Shown here one piece after another: positions 33,304-42,484 of a DNA stretch of 64,000 bases. The notes beneath the pieces are model-generated. The model saw only the letters and a program-made list of their open reading frames with translations. It was not told the origin of the DNA and ran no database searches. Numbering within the stretch: position 1 is the first letter of the stretch; every line of letters starts with the position of its first letter. Made by a program: the position numbers and the translations under genes. The DNA is from an uncultured Porphyromonadaceae bacterium. GTDB taxonomy: Bacteria > Bacteroidota > Bacteroidia > Bacteroidales > Muribaculaceae. The stretch is taken from positions 20 through 64,019 of the forward strand of contig CAMWSP010000001.1 of NCBI GenBank assembly GCA_947176935.1, written 5' to 3'.

Positions 33304-35174
33304 TTGGCTTTTTTCAATACTTTCTTATCAATCTGAACGGGATAGGCCTTGCGGAGTTCCTCAATGAACTGTTCTTCGAGGGCGGCAGTCCAGTCGTTGG
33401 TCACTTTGTTGCGCACGTCGGCAACTTCTTCAGCCTGATTGATGATTTCGCCCAAGTAGGGGGTGAAGAAACGCCAGCGGTTGGTGATTTTGGGCGCGGG
33501 GCCGCCGAAAGCTATGAAGTCAACAATCTGGTTCTCGCCTTGAGGCAGAACGGCGCGTTCAATGCGCACTTCGCCGGGGAAGTTGGCGCGCAGCGAGTCG
33601 TTGAGCTGCTCGGGGGTGGGGTCGACGCGGTCAAGGTAGGCCTTGATTTCCTGATTGATGGAGTCGGTCTGGGCGTAAACTATGTAGCCTTTCCAGCGGG
33701 GAGAGCTGAAGGTGTAGTTTTCGCGGTTCTGCTCGAAGTATGCTTTCAGGCCTTCGGGGTCTTCCTTGGGTCGGTTCCACACGTTCTTTTCGAGCGAAGC
33801 AACGAGCATCAGGCCGTCGCGGTATTCGTTGACCAGGGCGCGGAATTCAGGATATTTGCTTTCCAGGCGGTGGTCCTCATAGGTCATGGCCACTGCGTTC
33901 AGGCGCGGCTCCATGCGGTAGCTGAGGGCTGCCGAGGGCTTTTCCTGCGGGTTGAGCCGATAGTCGGCGGCAAGGAATTCGCCTACGCTAACAATGGAGT
34001 CGCCAACGAAAATCAGCGGGGTGGCGTCGTTGGCCAGAACAACCTTGGCTGAGTCGTAGCCCAGTCGGTCAACTTCTTTCAGCAGGTTGTCGAAGGCCTG
34101 CTGGTCATAGCGGGCGTTATATTCGGCGCGGAGCTGTGCGGCGCGGGCCACTCGCGGACGCACGTTGCGCACGTCGCGCTTCATCAGGCCTTTGATACCG
34201 CTCTTTATTTCCGAGGGCAGAGCCTTGCGTTCTTCATATTTCTTTACGATGTGCCATCCGAAGCGGGTGCGGAACGGCTCGGAATATTCGTTGTTGTTCA
34301 GCGCAAAGGCAACGTCTTCGAACTCGGGCACCATTTTGCCGCGGCCAAAGAAACCGAGGTCGCCGCTCTTGGCCTTCGAGGGGCAGTCGGAGCAGGTTTT
34401 TGCCAGATTTTCGAACGAATAGCCCTGCTGGAGCAGGCCGTAAATCGAGTCGATGCGGGCTTTGGCTTCGTTGTCGTCGGCGCCTTGGGCAACCTGGGCC
34501 AGAATGTGGGCGGCGCGGATTTCGCCAATGTTGGGGCGTTCGGCCACGGGGCGCACAATGTGGAGGCCATAGGCGGTCTGGCCGATGTTGCTCCACTCAT
34601 TGAGCGGAGTTTCGAAGGCGATTTCTTCGAATTCATAGGGGAACATGCCGGCGCGGATAAAGTCATAGTGGCCGTGGTCCTGCTTCGACTGGGGGTCGAT
34701 GGAGTATTGAGCCACGATGGCTTCGAAGTCGGCGCCGTTGACCAGGGCCTGACGCAGCGAGTCAGCCAGTGCCTGCTGACCGAGCGGCAGCATCAGGTGG
34801 TCGATTTTCACTTCCTTCAGCGTGTGGGCATAGGAGTTTTCGAGCAGCTGATTGTAAACGGTGGTGTCGGTCAGATAGGGTTCGGCCAGGTCGCGGCGAT
34901 AGTCGCGGAAGTCTTTCTGGAAGCCCGATGTGGTATCCTGGCGCTCTTCAATGGCGCGTTCAACCTTGAGCTTGTAGTCAATGAAGCGCTGCAGATATTC
35001 CTGCGGCGTTTCGTGTTCAACTTCGTTGCCGTCGTTTTTGTGGTAGAAATATTCGAATTCGCTTAGGGTCACGGGCTTGCCGTTAACCTTCAGCAGTGTG
35101 GGGTCTTTTGGGGCCTTGGCGGCCAAAGTCAGCACACCCAGAATCGCAAGGGCGGGAATGATGAGCTTCTTCAT
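33300..35174 (-). CDS. peptidylprolyl isomerase (SurA-like, two PpiC/parvulin-type domains)
   Basis: Signal peptide. Parvulin regions ...AYGLHIVRP and IRAAHIL...GDLGFFGRGKMVPEFEDVAFAL...FGWHIVK. Confidence 0.75.
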   Translation of the reverse strand: MKKLIIPALAILGVLTLAAKAPKDPTLLKVNGKPVTLSEFEYFYHKNDGNEVEHETPQEYLQRFIDYKLKVERAIEERQDTTSGFQKDFRDYRRDLAEPYLTDTTVYNQLLENSYAHTLKEVKIDHLMLPLGQQALADSLRQALVNGADFEAIVAQYSIDPQSKQDHGHYDFIRAGMFPYEFEEIAFETPLNEWSNIGQTAYGLHIVRPVAERPNIGEIRAAHILAQVAQGADDNEAKARIDSIYGLLQQGYSFENLAKTCSDCPSKAKSGDLGFFGRGKMVPEFEDVAFALNNNEYSEPFRTRFGWHIVKKYEERKALPSEIKSGIKGLMKRDVRNVRPRVARAAQLRAEYNARYDQQAFDNLLKEVDRLGYDSAKVVLANDATPLIFVGDSIVSVGEFLAADYRLNPQEKPSAALSYRMEPRLNAVAMTYEDHRLESKYPEFRALVNEYRDGLMLVASLEKNVWNRPKEDPEGLKAYFEQNRENYTFSSPRWKGYIVYAQTDSINQEIKAYLDRVDPTPEQLNDSLRANFPGEVRIERAVLPQGENQIVDFIAFGGPAPKITNRWRFFTPYLGEIINQAEEVADVRNKVTNDWTAALEEQFIEELRKAYPVQIDKKVLKKAK

Positions 35175-35180
35175 TGGGGG

Positions 35181-36659
35181 TTAGTTAGCGTTTGAGGAGT
35201 AGTTGGGAGCTTCGGAGGTGATAGCTACGTCGTGGGGATGGCTTTCAGCCACACCGGCATTCGTGATGCGGGTGAATTTTGCCGAGTGCAGTGCCTCGAT
35301 GTTTTTGGCACCGCAATAACCCATGCCTGAGCGGAGGCCGCCGAGCATCTGATAAACGACTTCGTAGAGCGAGCCTTTGTAGGGCACACGGGCTGCTATG
35401 CCTTCCGGCACGAGCTTCTTGGCGTCGGAAACGTTGCCCTGGAAGTAACGGTCTTTCGAACCTTTTTCCATAGCTTCGAGCGAGCCCATGCCGCGATAGG
35501 CCTTATATTTACGGCCATTATATATAATGGTGTCGCCCGGGGTCTCGTCAACGCCGGCGAGCATGCCGCCGAGCATTACCGAATAGGCGCCTGCGGCCAG
35601 AGCCTTTACAATGTCACCGCTGTAGCGGATACCGCCGTCGGCAATCAGGGGCACACCGGTGCCTTCGAGGGCTTTGGCAACGTCGTAGACTGCCGAAAGC
35701 TGCGGAACGCCAACGCCGGCAATAACGCGGGTGGTGCAGATGGAGCCGGGGCCGATGCCGACCTTAACGCCATCGGCGCCGTTGTCGACCAGATAGCGGG
35801 CAGCTTCGCCTGTCGCGATGTTGCCAACAACTACGTCGATGTGGGGGAAAGCGGCCTTGACTTCGCGCAGAACGCGAACAACTCCGGCGGAGTGGCCGTG
35901 GGCCGTGTCGATTACTATGGCGTCGACTCCGGCTTCAACCAGAGCGGTTGCGCGCTCGAGGCTGTCGGCGGTAACGCCGATGCCGGCGGCTACGCGCAGG
36001 CGGCCGTATTTATCTTTGCAGGCCATGGGCTTATCCTTGGCCTTGGTGATGTCTTTGTAGGTTACCAGACCCTGCAGGCGGCCGTCGGCGTCAACAACGG
36101 GGAGCTTTTCGATTTTGTGCTGCTGAAGAATGCGGGCTGCTTCTTCCAGGTCGGTAGACTGCGAGGTAGTTATGAGGTTTTCTTTGGTCATAACCTCATC
36201 GACCGGACGGGTGCGGTCGGTTTCGAAGCGGAGGTCGCGGTTGGTGACTATGCCAACGAGCTTGCGGTCGGCATCGACTACGGGAATGCCGCCGATGTGA
36301 TATTCCTCCATAATGGCCAGGGCATCGGCAACTGTTGCGCCGCGTTCAATCGTAACGGGGTCGGTAATCATGCCGTTCTCGGCGCGCTTCACTGCGTGAA
36401 CCTGACGGGCCTGTTCGGCGATAGACATGTTTTTGTGGATAACGCCTATGCCTCCTTCGCGGGCAATGGCAATGGCCAGGGGCGCTTCAGTAACCGTGTC
36501 CATAGCGGCTGAAATCAGCGGCACATTGAGGGTTATGTTGCGCGAAAACTTGGTTGAAAGTTGAACATCGCGCGGAAGCACTTCGGAATAGGCGGGAATC
36601 AGCAGGACGTCATCAAAGGTCAAACCGTCCATCTTCACTCGATCGGCAATAAACGACAT
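35181..36659 (-). CDS. guaB: IMP dehydrogenase
   Basis: Full-length match to the IMPDH pattern, including the CBS pair and catalytic loop [11 protein letters not shown]. Confidence 0.95.
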   Translation of the reverse strand: MSFIADRVKMDGLTFDDVLLIPAYSEVLPRDVQLSTKFSRNITLNVPLISAAMDTVTEAPLAIAIAREGGIGVIHKNMSIAEQARQVHAVKRAENGMITDPVTIERGATVADALAIMEEYHIGGIPVVDADRKLVGIVTNRDLRFETDRTRPVDEVMTKENLITTSQSTDLEEAARILQQHKIEKLPVVDADGRLQGLVTYKDITKAKDKPMACKDKYGRLRVAAGIGVTADSLERATALVEAGVDAIVIDTAHGHSAGVVRVLREVKAAFPHIDVVVGNIATGEAARYLVDNGADGVKVGIGPGSICTTRVIAGVGVPQLSAVYDVAKALEGTGVPLIADGGIRYSGDIVKALAAGAYSVMLGGMLAGVDETPGDTIIYNGRKYKAYRGMGSLEAMEKGSKDRYFQGNVSDAKKLVPEGIAARVPYKGSLYEVVYQMLGGLRSGMGYCGAKNIEALHSAKFTRITNAGVAESHPHDVAITSEAPNYSSNAN

Positions 36660-36693
36660 ATCTAAAATTTATTTTAGGTTGTAAAATTGCACG

Positions 36694-36701
36694 CAAAGTT
36701 A
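36694..36701 (-). promoter_or_regulatory. -7 box TAACTTTG upstream of guaB
   Basis: caaagtta on the plus strand, about 35 nt from ATG 36659. Confidence 0.5.
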
Positions 36702-36729
36702 CGAAAAAAATCTCAACCGCGAAAGAATT

Positions 36730-36754
36730 TCCACCCGCCCGGTGGATTTTTTTT
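36730..36754 (+). terminator. orphan intrinsic-terminator-like hairpin plus T8 tract
   Basis: TCCACC CGCCC GGTGGA (6-bp GC-rich stem) followed immediately by TTTTTTTT. No plus-strand gene lies upstream. Confidence 0.5.
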
Positions 36755-36774
36755 GTTGTTTCATCAAAATTGCG

Positions 36775-36782
36775 TAATTTTG
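36775..36782 (+). promoter_or_regulatory. -7 box TAATTTTG upstream of the antitoxin/toxin pair
   Basis: 4 nt before ATG 36787. Same TAATTTTGCAnTATG arrangement as at the AraC gene. Confidence 0.45.
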
Positions 36783-36786
36783 CAAT

Positions 36787-36999
36787 ATGAATGCTACAAT
36801 CTCCTTAGAGGGTCTTTGGTCGATTGTCAATTCCCTCTCTACAAAAAATAAAAAATGGCTCGCTGTTAAACTCAATGAGGCTTTAGCGGTGGCGACGCCG
36901 GATAAGGAGGACGCGATGCTTTCTGCTATCACGCGTTCGGTAAAAGAAGCGAAAAACGGTCAAACAAAGCCGATTGATTCGTTATGGGATCAGTTATAG
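36787..36999 (+). CDS. putative antitoxin (positional call)
   Basis: 70-aa ORF overlapping the downstream RelE-like ORF by 16 nt. AT-rich. No recognisable DNA-binding motif. Confidence 0.35.
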   Translation: MNATISLEGLWSIVNSLSTKNKKWLAVKLNEALAVATPDKEDAMLSAITRSVKEAKNGQTKPIDSLWDQL

Positions 37000-37331
37000 A
37001 ATTCAAATACACACCTGAGTTCCTTAAATCCGCCAAGGTTTTATCAAAACGATACAAATCCTTTTCATCTGATTTAAAGGAACTCCTTGGTGAAATCTCA
37101 CAAAATCCCGACGTTGGCATAGACTTAGGCAATGGCTTGAGAAAATTGAGAATGGCGATAAAGTCAAAGGGTAAAGGAAAGAGCGGTGGCGCACGGGTCA
37201 TTACTTTGACGATAGTCGCTGATGAGTTGCGCTCCACCATTACTCTCATATATGTTTATGACAAAAGCGATATTTCGAATATTTCAAATTCCAAGCTTAG
37301 TCAGATTCTATCAGATAATGATTTAAAATAG
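36984..37331 (+). CDS. RelE/ParE-superfamily (HigB/Gp49-like) toxin
   Basis: 115 aa. LRKLRMAIKSKGKGKSGGARVITL...ITLIYVYDKSD matches the K-G-K-S-G-G-(Y/A)-R-V-I and iy.KSd motifs of this toxin family. Confidence 0.65.
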   Translation: MGSVIEFKYTPEFLKSAKVLSKRYKSFSSDLKELLGEISQNPDVGIDLGNGLRKLRMAIKSKGKGKSGGARVITLTIVADELRSTITLIYVYDKSDISNISNSKLSQILSDNDLK

Positions 37332-37356
37332 ATTAAACAATTATTTATCACGCTAT

Positions 37357-38775
37357 ATGAAGAAGGTATTATTTATAATTTGGACTTTTTTGGCGGGCGC
37401 AACCGGAGTTGTTGCCCAAAAGCTGGTGTCGGATCTTCCGGCAGTGCACATCACTCTGTCAGACCCCTCGGCAATCAATACTGACACTTATGTAACTTCG
37501 CAAATGGTGGTGGTCGATGCCGACGGCACGTCAACGACTTATGCCGACACCCGTTTGCGCGGCCGCGGCTCGGCCAAGTTCGCGCTACCTAAGAAACCAT
37601 ATAAAATCAAACTGGCATCCAAGGCCCGCCTGCTGGGCGCCGATGCGGCCAACGCCAAGAAGTGGAATCTGATGGCTCAGGCCGGTGATAAGACTATGTT
37701 GCGCAACGCCGTGGCTTCCTACATTGCTCTGGAGGCCGGCCAGCCGTTTGCTCCCGGTTGGCGGTTTGTTGATCTGACCATCAACGGCGAGAATCAGGGA
37801 ACTTATCAGATAACTGACCAGATAGACATCCGCAAGAAGCGTGTGCACATCACCGAGCAGCCCGAGGCTGTTGATGCCACCACGGATATTACGGGCGGTT
37901 ATCTGCTTGAAATCGATGAGGACGCCGACGACGCTGAGGGCACTGTATTCACCACCTCGCGCGGGGTTAAGGTTACCGTTAAGTCGCCCGACGAGGATTA
38001 TATCGTTGCCGCTCAGAAGGACTACATCGCCGCCCACGTTCAGAAGTTCGAGGATGCTCTGTTTGCTCAGAACTGGCTCGACGCCAAGGAGGGTTATCGC
38101 AAATATCTCGACCTGGAATCGCTCGTACAGTGGTATATCACTGCGGAGTATGCGGCAGACCCGAATTCGTTCCGCTCGGTGTATTTCTATAAGGAGATGG
38201 GCGACGACAAGCTGACTTTCGGCCCGGTTTGGGACTTCGACTTCGCGTTCGACAATAGTGCCCGCTTCGGCTCGCGCCCCGAGGCGCTGATTGCCCAGGA
38301 AGGTCGCGGCGACCAGTGGTGTTACATCTGGATTGACCGTTTGCGCCAGGACCCCGGATTCCATACCGCGGTCAATGAAGCCTGGAAAAAACTCGTTGCC
38401 GGCGGCATAGTGAATAAGGTCAATACCTTCATCGATGCGCAGGCGGCCAATCTCAGCAAATCGCTGGCGCTGAATTTCAGCATCTGGCCTATTGCCGAAA
38501 AGGCTCACGACGAGATGCACCTTTTCGCCACTTATGGTGAGGGCGTAGACTTTTTGAAAGCAACGCAGGCTGCGCGTGCCGAATTCCTGACCAAAGCGTT
38601 TGCAACTCTGGCTGCCGGCGGCACGGTGCCCGTTGTCGGTCCGCAAGGCTCGATAAACGAAATCGACGCCTCCCTGCTGAAGGAAGCGCCGATGTTTGAC
38701 CTGCAGGGCCGCCGCGTTGTCAATCCGCAGCGAGGCCTCTACATTCAGAACAGAAAGTTAGTCATGATGAACTAA
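37357..38775 (+). CDS. CotH kinase-like family protein with T9SS-type C-terminal tail
   Basis: Signal peptide. CotH landmarks RLRGRGSAKFALPKKPYKIKL, KKWNLMAQAGDKTMLRN, FVDLTINGENQGTYQITDQIDIRKKRV, FGPVWDFDFAF. C-terminus MFDLQGRRVVNPQRGLYIQNRKLVMMN. Confidence 0.75.
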   Translation: MKKVLFIIWTFLAGATGVVAQKLVSDLPAVHITLSDPSAINTDTYVTSQMVVVDADGTSTTYADTRLRGRGSAKFALPKKPYKIKLASKARLLGADAANAKKWNLMAQAGDKTMLRNAVASYIALEAGQPFAPGWRFVDLTINGENQGTYQITDQIDIRKKRVHITEQPEAVDATTDITGGYLLEIDEDADDAEGTVFTTSRGVKVTVKSPDEDYIVAAQKDYIAAHVQKFEDALFAQNWLDAKEGYRKYLDLESLVQWYITAEYAADPNSFRSVYFYKEMGDDKLTFGPVWDFDFAFDNSARFGSRPEALIAQEGRGDQWCYIWIDRLRQDPGFHTAVNEAWKKLVAGGIVNKVNTFIDAQAANLSKSLALNFSIWPIAEKAHDEMHLFATYGEGVDFLKATQAARAEFLTKAFATLAAGGTVPVVGPQGSINEIDASLLKEAPMFDLQGRRVVNPQRGLYIQNRKLVMMN

Positions 38776-39072
38776 CGTTTCGTTGATTTTGGCTTCGAGG
38801 TCGGCTACCTGATGCAGACCCGATGCGCGCCAAACGGGTTCGCCGTTCTGGAAAATTATTAACGTGGGAACTGACTGAACGCGATAGCGGTTGGCCAGTT
38901 CTTCGTTTCTGTCGATGTCGACCTTGATGATGGCGGCCTTGTCGCCCACTGTTTGCTTGAGTTGTTCGAGGATAGGCGACTGCATTTTGCAGGGGCCGCA
39001 CCAGGTTGCGTAGAAGTCCACGAGAGTGGGTTTGGACCCACCGATAAGTTTATCAAATTCTTCCATAGTCAA
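38758..39072 (-). CDS. thioredoxin
   Basis: 104 aa, FYATWCGPCKM active site. Confidence 0.85.
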   Translation of the reverse strand: MTMEEFDKLIGGSKPTLVDFYATWCGPCKMQSPILEQLKQTVGDKAAIIKVDIDRNEELANRYRVQSVPTLIIFQNGEPVWRASGLHQVADLEAKINETLVHHD

Positions 39073-39143
39073 TACTTAGTTCTTTAAGGTTTTGACTATA
39101 TAACACTTTTGCGGGGGCTTTGGTTTGGTTGCCTGCTGCGAAG

Positions 39144-39875
39144 TCAGTTTATCTGAACGGGGTGCGGAAGAATCGACGCGAAAAGCGCGCGTGCGGCTTC
39201 GAGCTGCTCGGGGGTGTTGTGTGGCGTGCCGTCAAGGGTGTAGGGCAGGCCCATGGCGGCGTATTTATGAACGCCTAAGGTGTGGTAGGGCAAAATCTCC
39301 ACTCGCTGAATGTTGTCGTAGTCAGCGAAGTGCCGTGCCCAGGCCTCGAGGTCGGCGGGGTCGTTGCTCACTCCGGGCACCAGAACGTAGCGCAGCCACA
39401 TGGGGCGGCCGTTATCGCGGAGCCATTTGGCTGTTTCCAGAGTGTTCGCGTTGCTCATGCCGGTGAGGTCGCGGTGGCGTTCGGGGTTGATTTGCTTAAC
39501 GTCGAGAAGCACCAGGTCGGTCAGCTGCAGCAGGCGGTCAACGTCGGGGTTGCGCACTGCGCCGTTGGTGTCAATACAGATGTGGATTCCCGCATCGTGG
39601 AGCTTTTCAAACAGCGGAATCAGTTCGCGCGCCTGTAGAGTGGGCTCGCCGCCGCTGAAAGTGATGCCGCCACGTTTGCCGTAGAAGGGTTTCTGATCCA
39701 CGGCCATGCGGAGAATATGGTCAGGGTCGGTCGCCGTGGCCTCCCCGACGCGGTCAATCGTGTCGGGGTTGGCACAGTAGCGGCAACGAAAGGGGCACCC
39801 CTGAAGGAACACGACCAGTCTGAGGCCGGGTCCATCAAAGGTGCCCATTGATTCATAGGAGTGTACGCGGATCAC
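39144..39875 (-). CDS. pflA: pyruvate formate-lyase activating enzyme (radical SAM)
   Basis: [24 protein letters not shown]. Adjacent to pflB with an ATGA-type overlap. Confidence 0.9.
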   Translation of the reverse strand: MIRVHSYESMGTFDGPGLRLVVFLQGCPFRCRYCANPDTIDRVGEATATDPDHILRMAVDQKPFYGKRGGITFSGGEPTLQARELIPLFEKLHDAGIHICIDTNGAVRNPDVDRLLQLTDLVLLDVKQINPERHRDLTGMSNANTLETAKWLRDNGRPMWLRYVLVPGVSNDPADLEAWARHFADYDNIQRVEILPYHTLGVHKYAAMGLPYTLDGTPHNTPEQLEAARALFASILPHPVQIN

Positions 39876-42100
39876 ATCGACTCGTGGAAAGAGCGCGAAA
39901 TCACTTCAAGCTGGTGCTCGCGCGAGAGTTTGGTGAAGTTCACTGCGTAGCCGCTGACGCGGATTGTCAGCTGCGGGTAGAGTTCGGGGTGCTCCATGGC
40001 GTCCATGAGCAGCTCGCGGTTGAGAACGTTTACGTTCAGATGGTGAGCGCCCTTGGTGAAGTAGCCGTCCATCATGCCAACGAGGTTCTCAATGCGTTCT
40101 TCATCGTTGGGGCCGAGCGATTTGGGAATGATGGAGAAGGTGTTGGAAATGCCGTCCTGGCTGTCGCGGTAGCGGAGCTTGGCAACCGAGCTGAGCGATG
40201 CGATTGCGCCGTGGGTGTCGCGGCCGTGCATGGGGTTTGCACCGGGAGCGAAGGCTACGCCTTTGGCGCGGCCGTCGGGGGTAGCACCGGTCTTTTTGCC
40301 ATACATAACGTTGGAGGTGATGGTCAGCAGCGACAGGGTGGGGCGGGCGTTCTTGTAAACGGGCAGTTTCTTGAGCTCTTCCGAGAAGTAGTAAACGAGG
40401 TCAACGCCGAGGTGGTCAACGCGGTCGTCGTTATTGCCGAAGCAGGGGAAGGAGCCTTCGATGTCGAAGCCTTCGGTCAGGCCGATTTCGTTGCGGCGGG
40501 CGGTTACCTTGGCATACTTGATGGCCGACAGGGAGTCGATGGCGATAGACAAGCCGGCAACGCCATAGGCGAGGTTGATGCGCGGGTTGGTGTCGATGAG
40601 AGCCATCTGGGCTTTTTCGTAGTAGTATTTGTCGTGCATGTAGTGGATAATGTTCTGCGTTTCGTTGTAAACGCGGGCAATTTCCTTGAGCACGAGCTTA
40701 TAGTTCTTCATAACTTCCTCGAAGTTGAGAACGTCGGAGGTCAGAGCGGGAATGCCTTTGACCATAACGGTGCCGGTGTTTTCGCAGCGGCCGCCGTTGA
40801 TGGCGAGCAGCAGGGCCTTGGCCAGATTGGCGCGGGCGCCGAAGAACTGAATCTGTTTGCCGATTGCCTGATAGCTAACGCAGCATGCAATGCCGTAGTC
40901 GTCGCAGGAGCGCACTTCGCGCATCAGGGTGTCGTTTTCATACTGGATGGACGAGGTGTCGATCGAAACCTTGGCGCAGAATTCCTTGAAGCCTTCGGGG
41001 AGTTCGGGGCTCCAGAGCACTGTCATGTTGGGTTCGGGCGACGGGCCGAGGTTATAGAGGGTCTGCAGGAAGCGGAACGAGGTCTTTGTAACCTTGGTGC
41101 GGCCGTCGTTGAAGCGTCCGCCGAGGCTTTCGGTCACCCAGGTGGGGTCGCCGGCGAAGATGTCGTTATAGCTGGCCATGCGCAGGTGGCGAACCATGCG
41201 GAGTTTGATAACGAACTGGTCAATGAGTTCCTGAGCGAAGGTTTCGTCAATGTTGCCGTGGTCGAGGTCATACTGGATGAACACGTCGAGGAAGGAGCTT
41301 ACGTTGCCGAGCGACATGGCAGCGCCATCCTGTTCCTTGACTGCGGCGAGATATGCCATGTAAACCCACTGCACTGCTTCCTGGGCGGATGCGGCGGGGC
41401 GGCTGAGGTCGAGGCCGTAGATTTCGCCGAGCTGGCGGATTTCGTCGAGGGCACGAATCTGTTCGGCAACTTCTTCGCGCAGACGAACGCGGGCTTCGTC
41501 CATCGGGCCGAGCAGCTGGGCCAGGTCCTGACGCTTGGCTTCGATCAGGCGGTCGGTGCCGTAGAGTGCCAGACGGCGATAGTCGCCGATAATGCGGCCG
41601 CGGGCATAGTTGTCGGGCAGACCGGTCAGGAAGCCGAGCGAACGGAAGCGACGGATTTCTTCGGTGTAAACGTCGAAAACACCGTCGTTGTGGGTTTTGC
41701 GGTAGTGAGCAAAGATTTCCTTAACTTTTTCGGGGAGTTCGATGCCGTTTTCGCGACATGCCTTTTCAACTACCTTGATGCCGCCGAAAGGCTTGATGGC
41801 GCGGCAGAGAACTTCGTCGGTCTGCAGGCCAACGATGAGCTCGTCGTCTTTCAGAATATAGCCGGGGCCGTGGCTGGTGATAGTCGAGATTTTGCTGGCG
41901 TCGATGGAGCGGACGCCGCCGTTGTCGCGTTCTTCCTGAAGAGCTTCAAGGCATTTGTTCCAAACGCGTTTGGTGCGCTCGGTGGGACCCTGGAGGAACG
42001 ATGCGTCGCCGGTGTAGGGAGTGATGTTTGTGCTGACAAAGTTGCCAACGTCGATTTTCGACGTCCAGAGGCCGTCGGTGAATTTTTCGGTTGGAGTCAT
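39872..42100 (-). CDS. pflB: formate C-acetyltransferase (pyruvate formate-lyase)
   Basis: 742 aa with the glycyl-radical motif [11 protein letters not shown] and active-site region IACCVS. Confidence 0.95.
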   Translation of the reverse strand: MTPTEKFTDGLWTSKIDVGNFVSTNITPYTGDASFLQGPTERTKRVWNKCLEALQEERDNGGVRSIDASKISTITSHGPGYILKDDELIVGLQTDEVLCRAIKPFGGIKVVEKACRENGIELPEKVKEIFAHYRKTHNDGVFDVYTEEIRRFRSLGFLTGLPDNYARGRIIGDYRRLALYGTDRLIEAKRQDLAQLLGPMDEARVRLREEVAEQIRALDEIRQLGEIYGLDLSRPAASAQEAVQWVYMAYLAAVKEQDGAAMSLGNVSSFLDVFIQYDLDHGNIDETFAQELIDQFVIKLRMVRHLRMASYNDIFAGDPTWVTESLGGRFNDGRTKVTKTSFRFLQTLYNLGPSPEPNMTVLWSPELPEGFKEFCAKVSIDTSSIQYENDTLMREVRSCDDYGIACCVSYQAIGKQIQFFGARANLAKALLLAINGGRCENTGTVMVKGIPALTSDVLNFEEVMKNYKLVLKEIARVYNETQNIIHYMHDKYYYEKAQMALIDTNPRINLAYGVAGLSIAIDSLSAIKYAKVTARRNEIGLTEGFDIEGSFPCFGNNDDRVDHLGVDLVYYFSEELKKLPVYKNARPTLSLLTITSNVMYGKKTGATPDGRAKGVAFAPGANPMHGRDTHGAIASLSSVAKLRYRDSQDGISNTFSIIPKSLGPNDEERIENLVGMMDGYFTKGAHHLNVNVLNRELLMDAMEHPELYPQLTIRVSGYAVNFTKLSREHQLEVISRSFHESM

Positions 42101-42144
42101 AAGTAAATGATTAAATAATATGTGTGAATTGGTTAATTATGGTC

Positions 42145-42462
42145 TTATTTCGCAAGCAGGGCGTCGAGGGTTTCGCGGAGCTTTTCGATGCTCTGTGCGC
42201 CAACGAGGCGCAGGTCGGTTTTTTCGCCGTTTTTGAAGGTGAGGATGGTGGGGATGCTCATGATGCGATATTTGGCGGTGAGATCCGATTCCTCGTCGAT
42301 GTTGTATTTACCAACAACTACGCGGCCTTCATATTCCTTGGCCACGGCGTCGATGCTCGGAGCCATGCCTACGCACGGACCGCACCAGGTTGCCCAGAAG
42401 TCAATCATTACCGGTTGACCCGAAGCAATGATGTCATGGATGTTTTCGTCGGTGAATGTCAT
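42145..42462 (-). CDS. trxA: thioredoxin
   Basis: 105 aa, FWATWCGPCV. Lies immediately downstream of dnaE. Confidence 0.9.
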   Translation of the reverse strand: MTFTDENIHDIIASGQPVMIDFWATWCGPCVGMAPSIDAVAKEYEGRVVVGKYNIDEESDLTAKYRIMSIPTILTFKNGEKTDLRLVGAQSIEKLRETLDALLAK

Positions 42463-42484
42463 GATGGTTTATAATATTATTGGG

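Noticed and set aside
39848-42106. A 752-aa ORF on the plus strand spanning the whole of pflB.
   Set aside because: It is exactly antisense to a gene with unmistakable pyruvate formate-lyase motifs. Its translation is low-complexity (Val/Ala/Gly/Asn/Phe-rich) with no recognisable domain. This is a typical shadow ORF of a GC-rich gene with strong codon bias.
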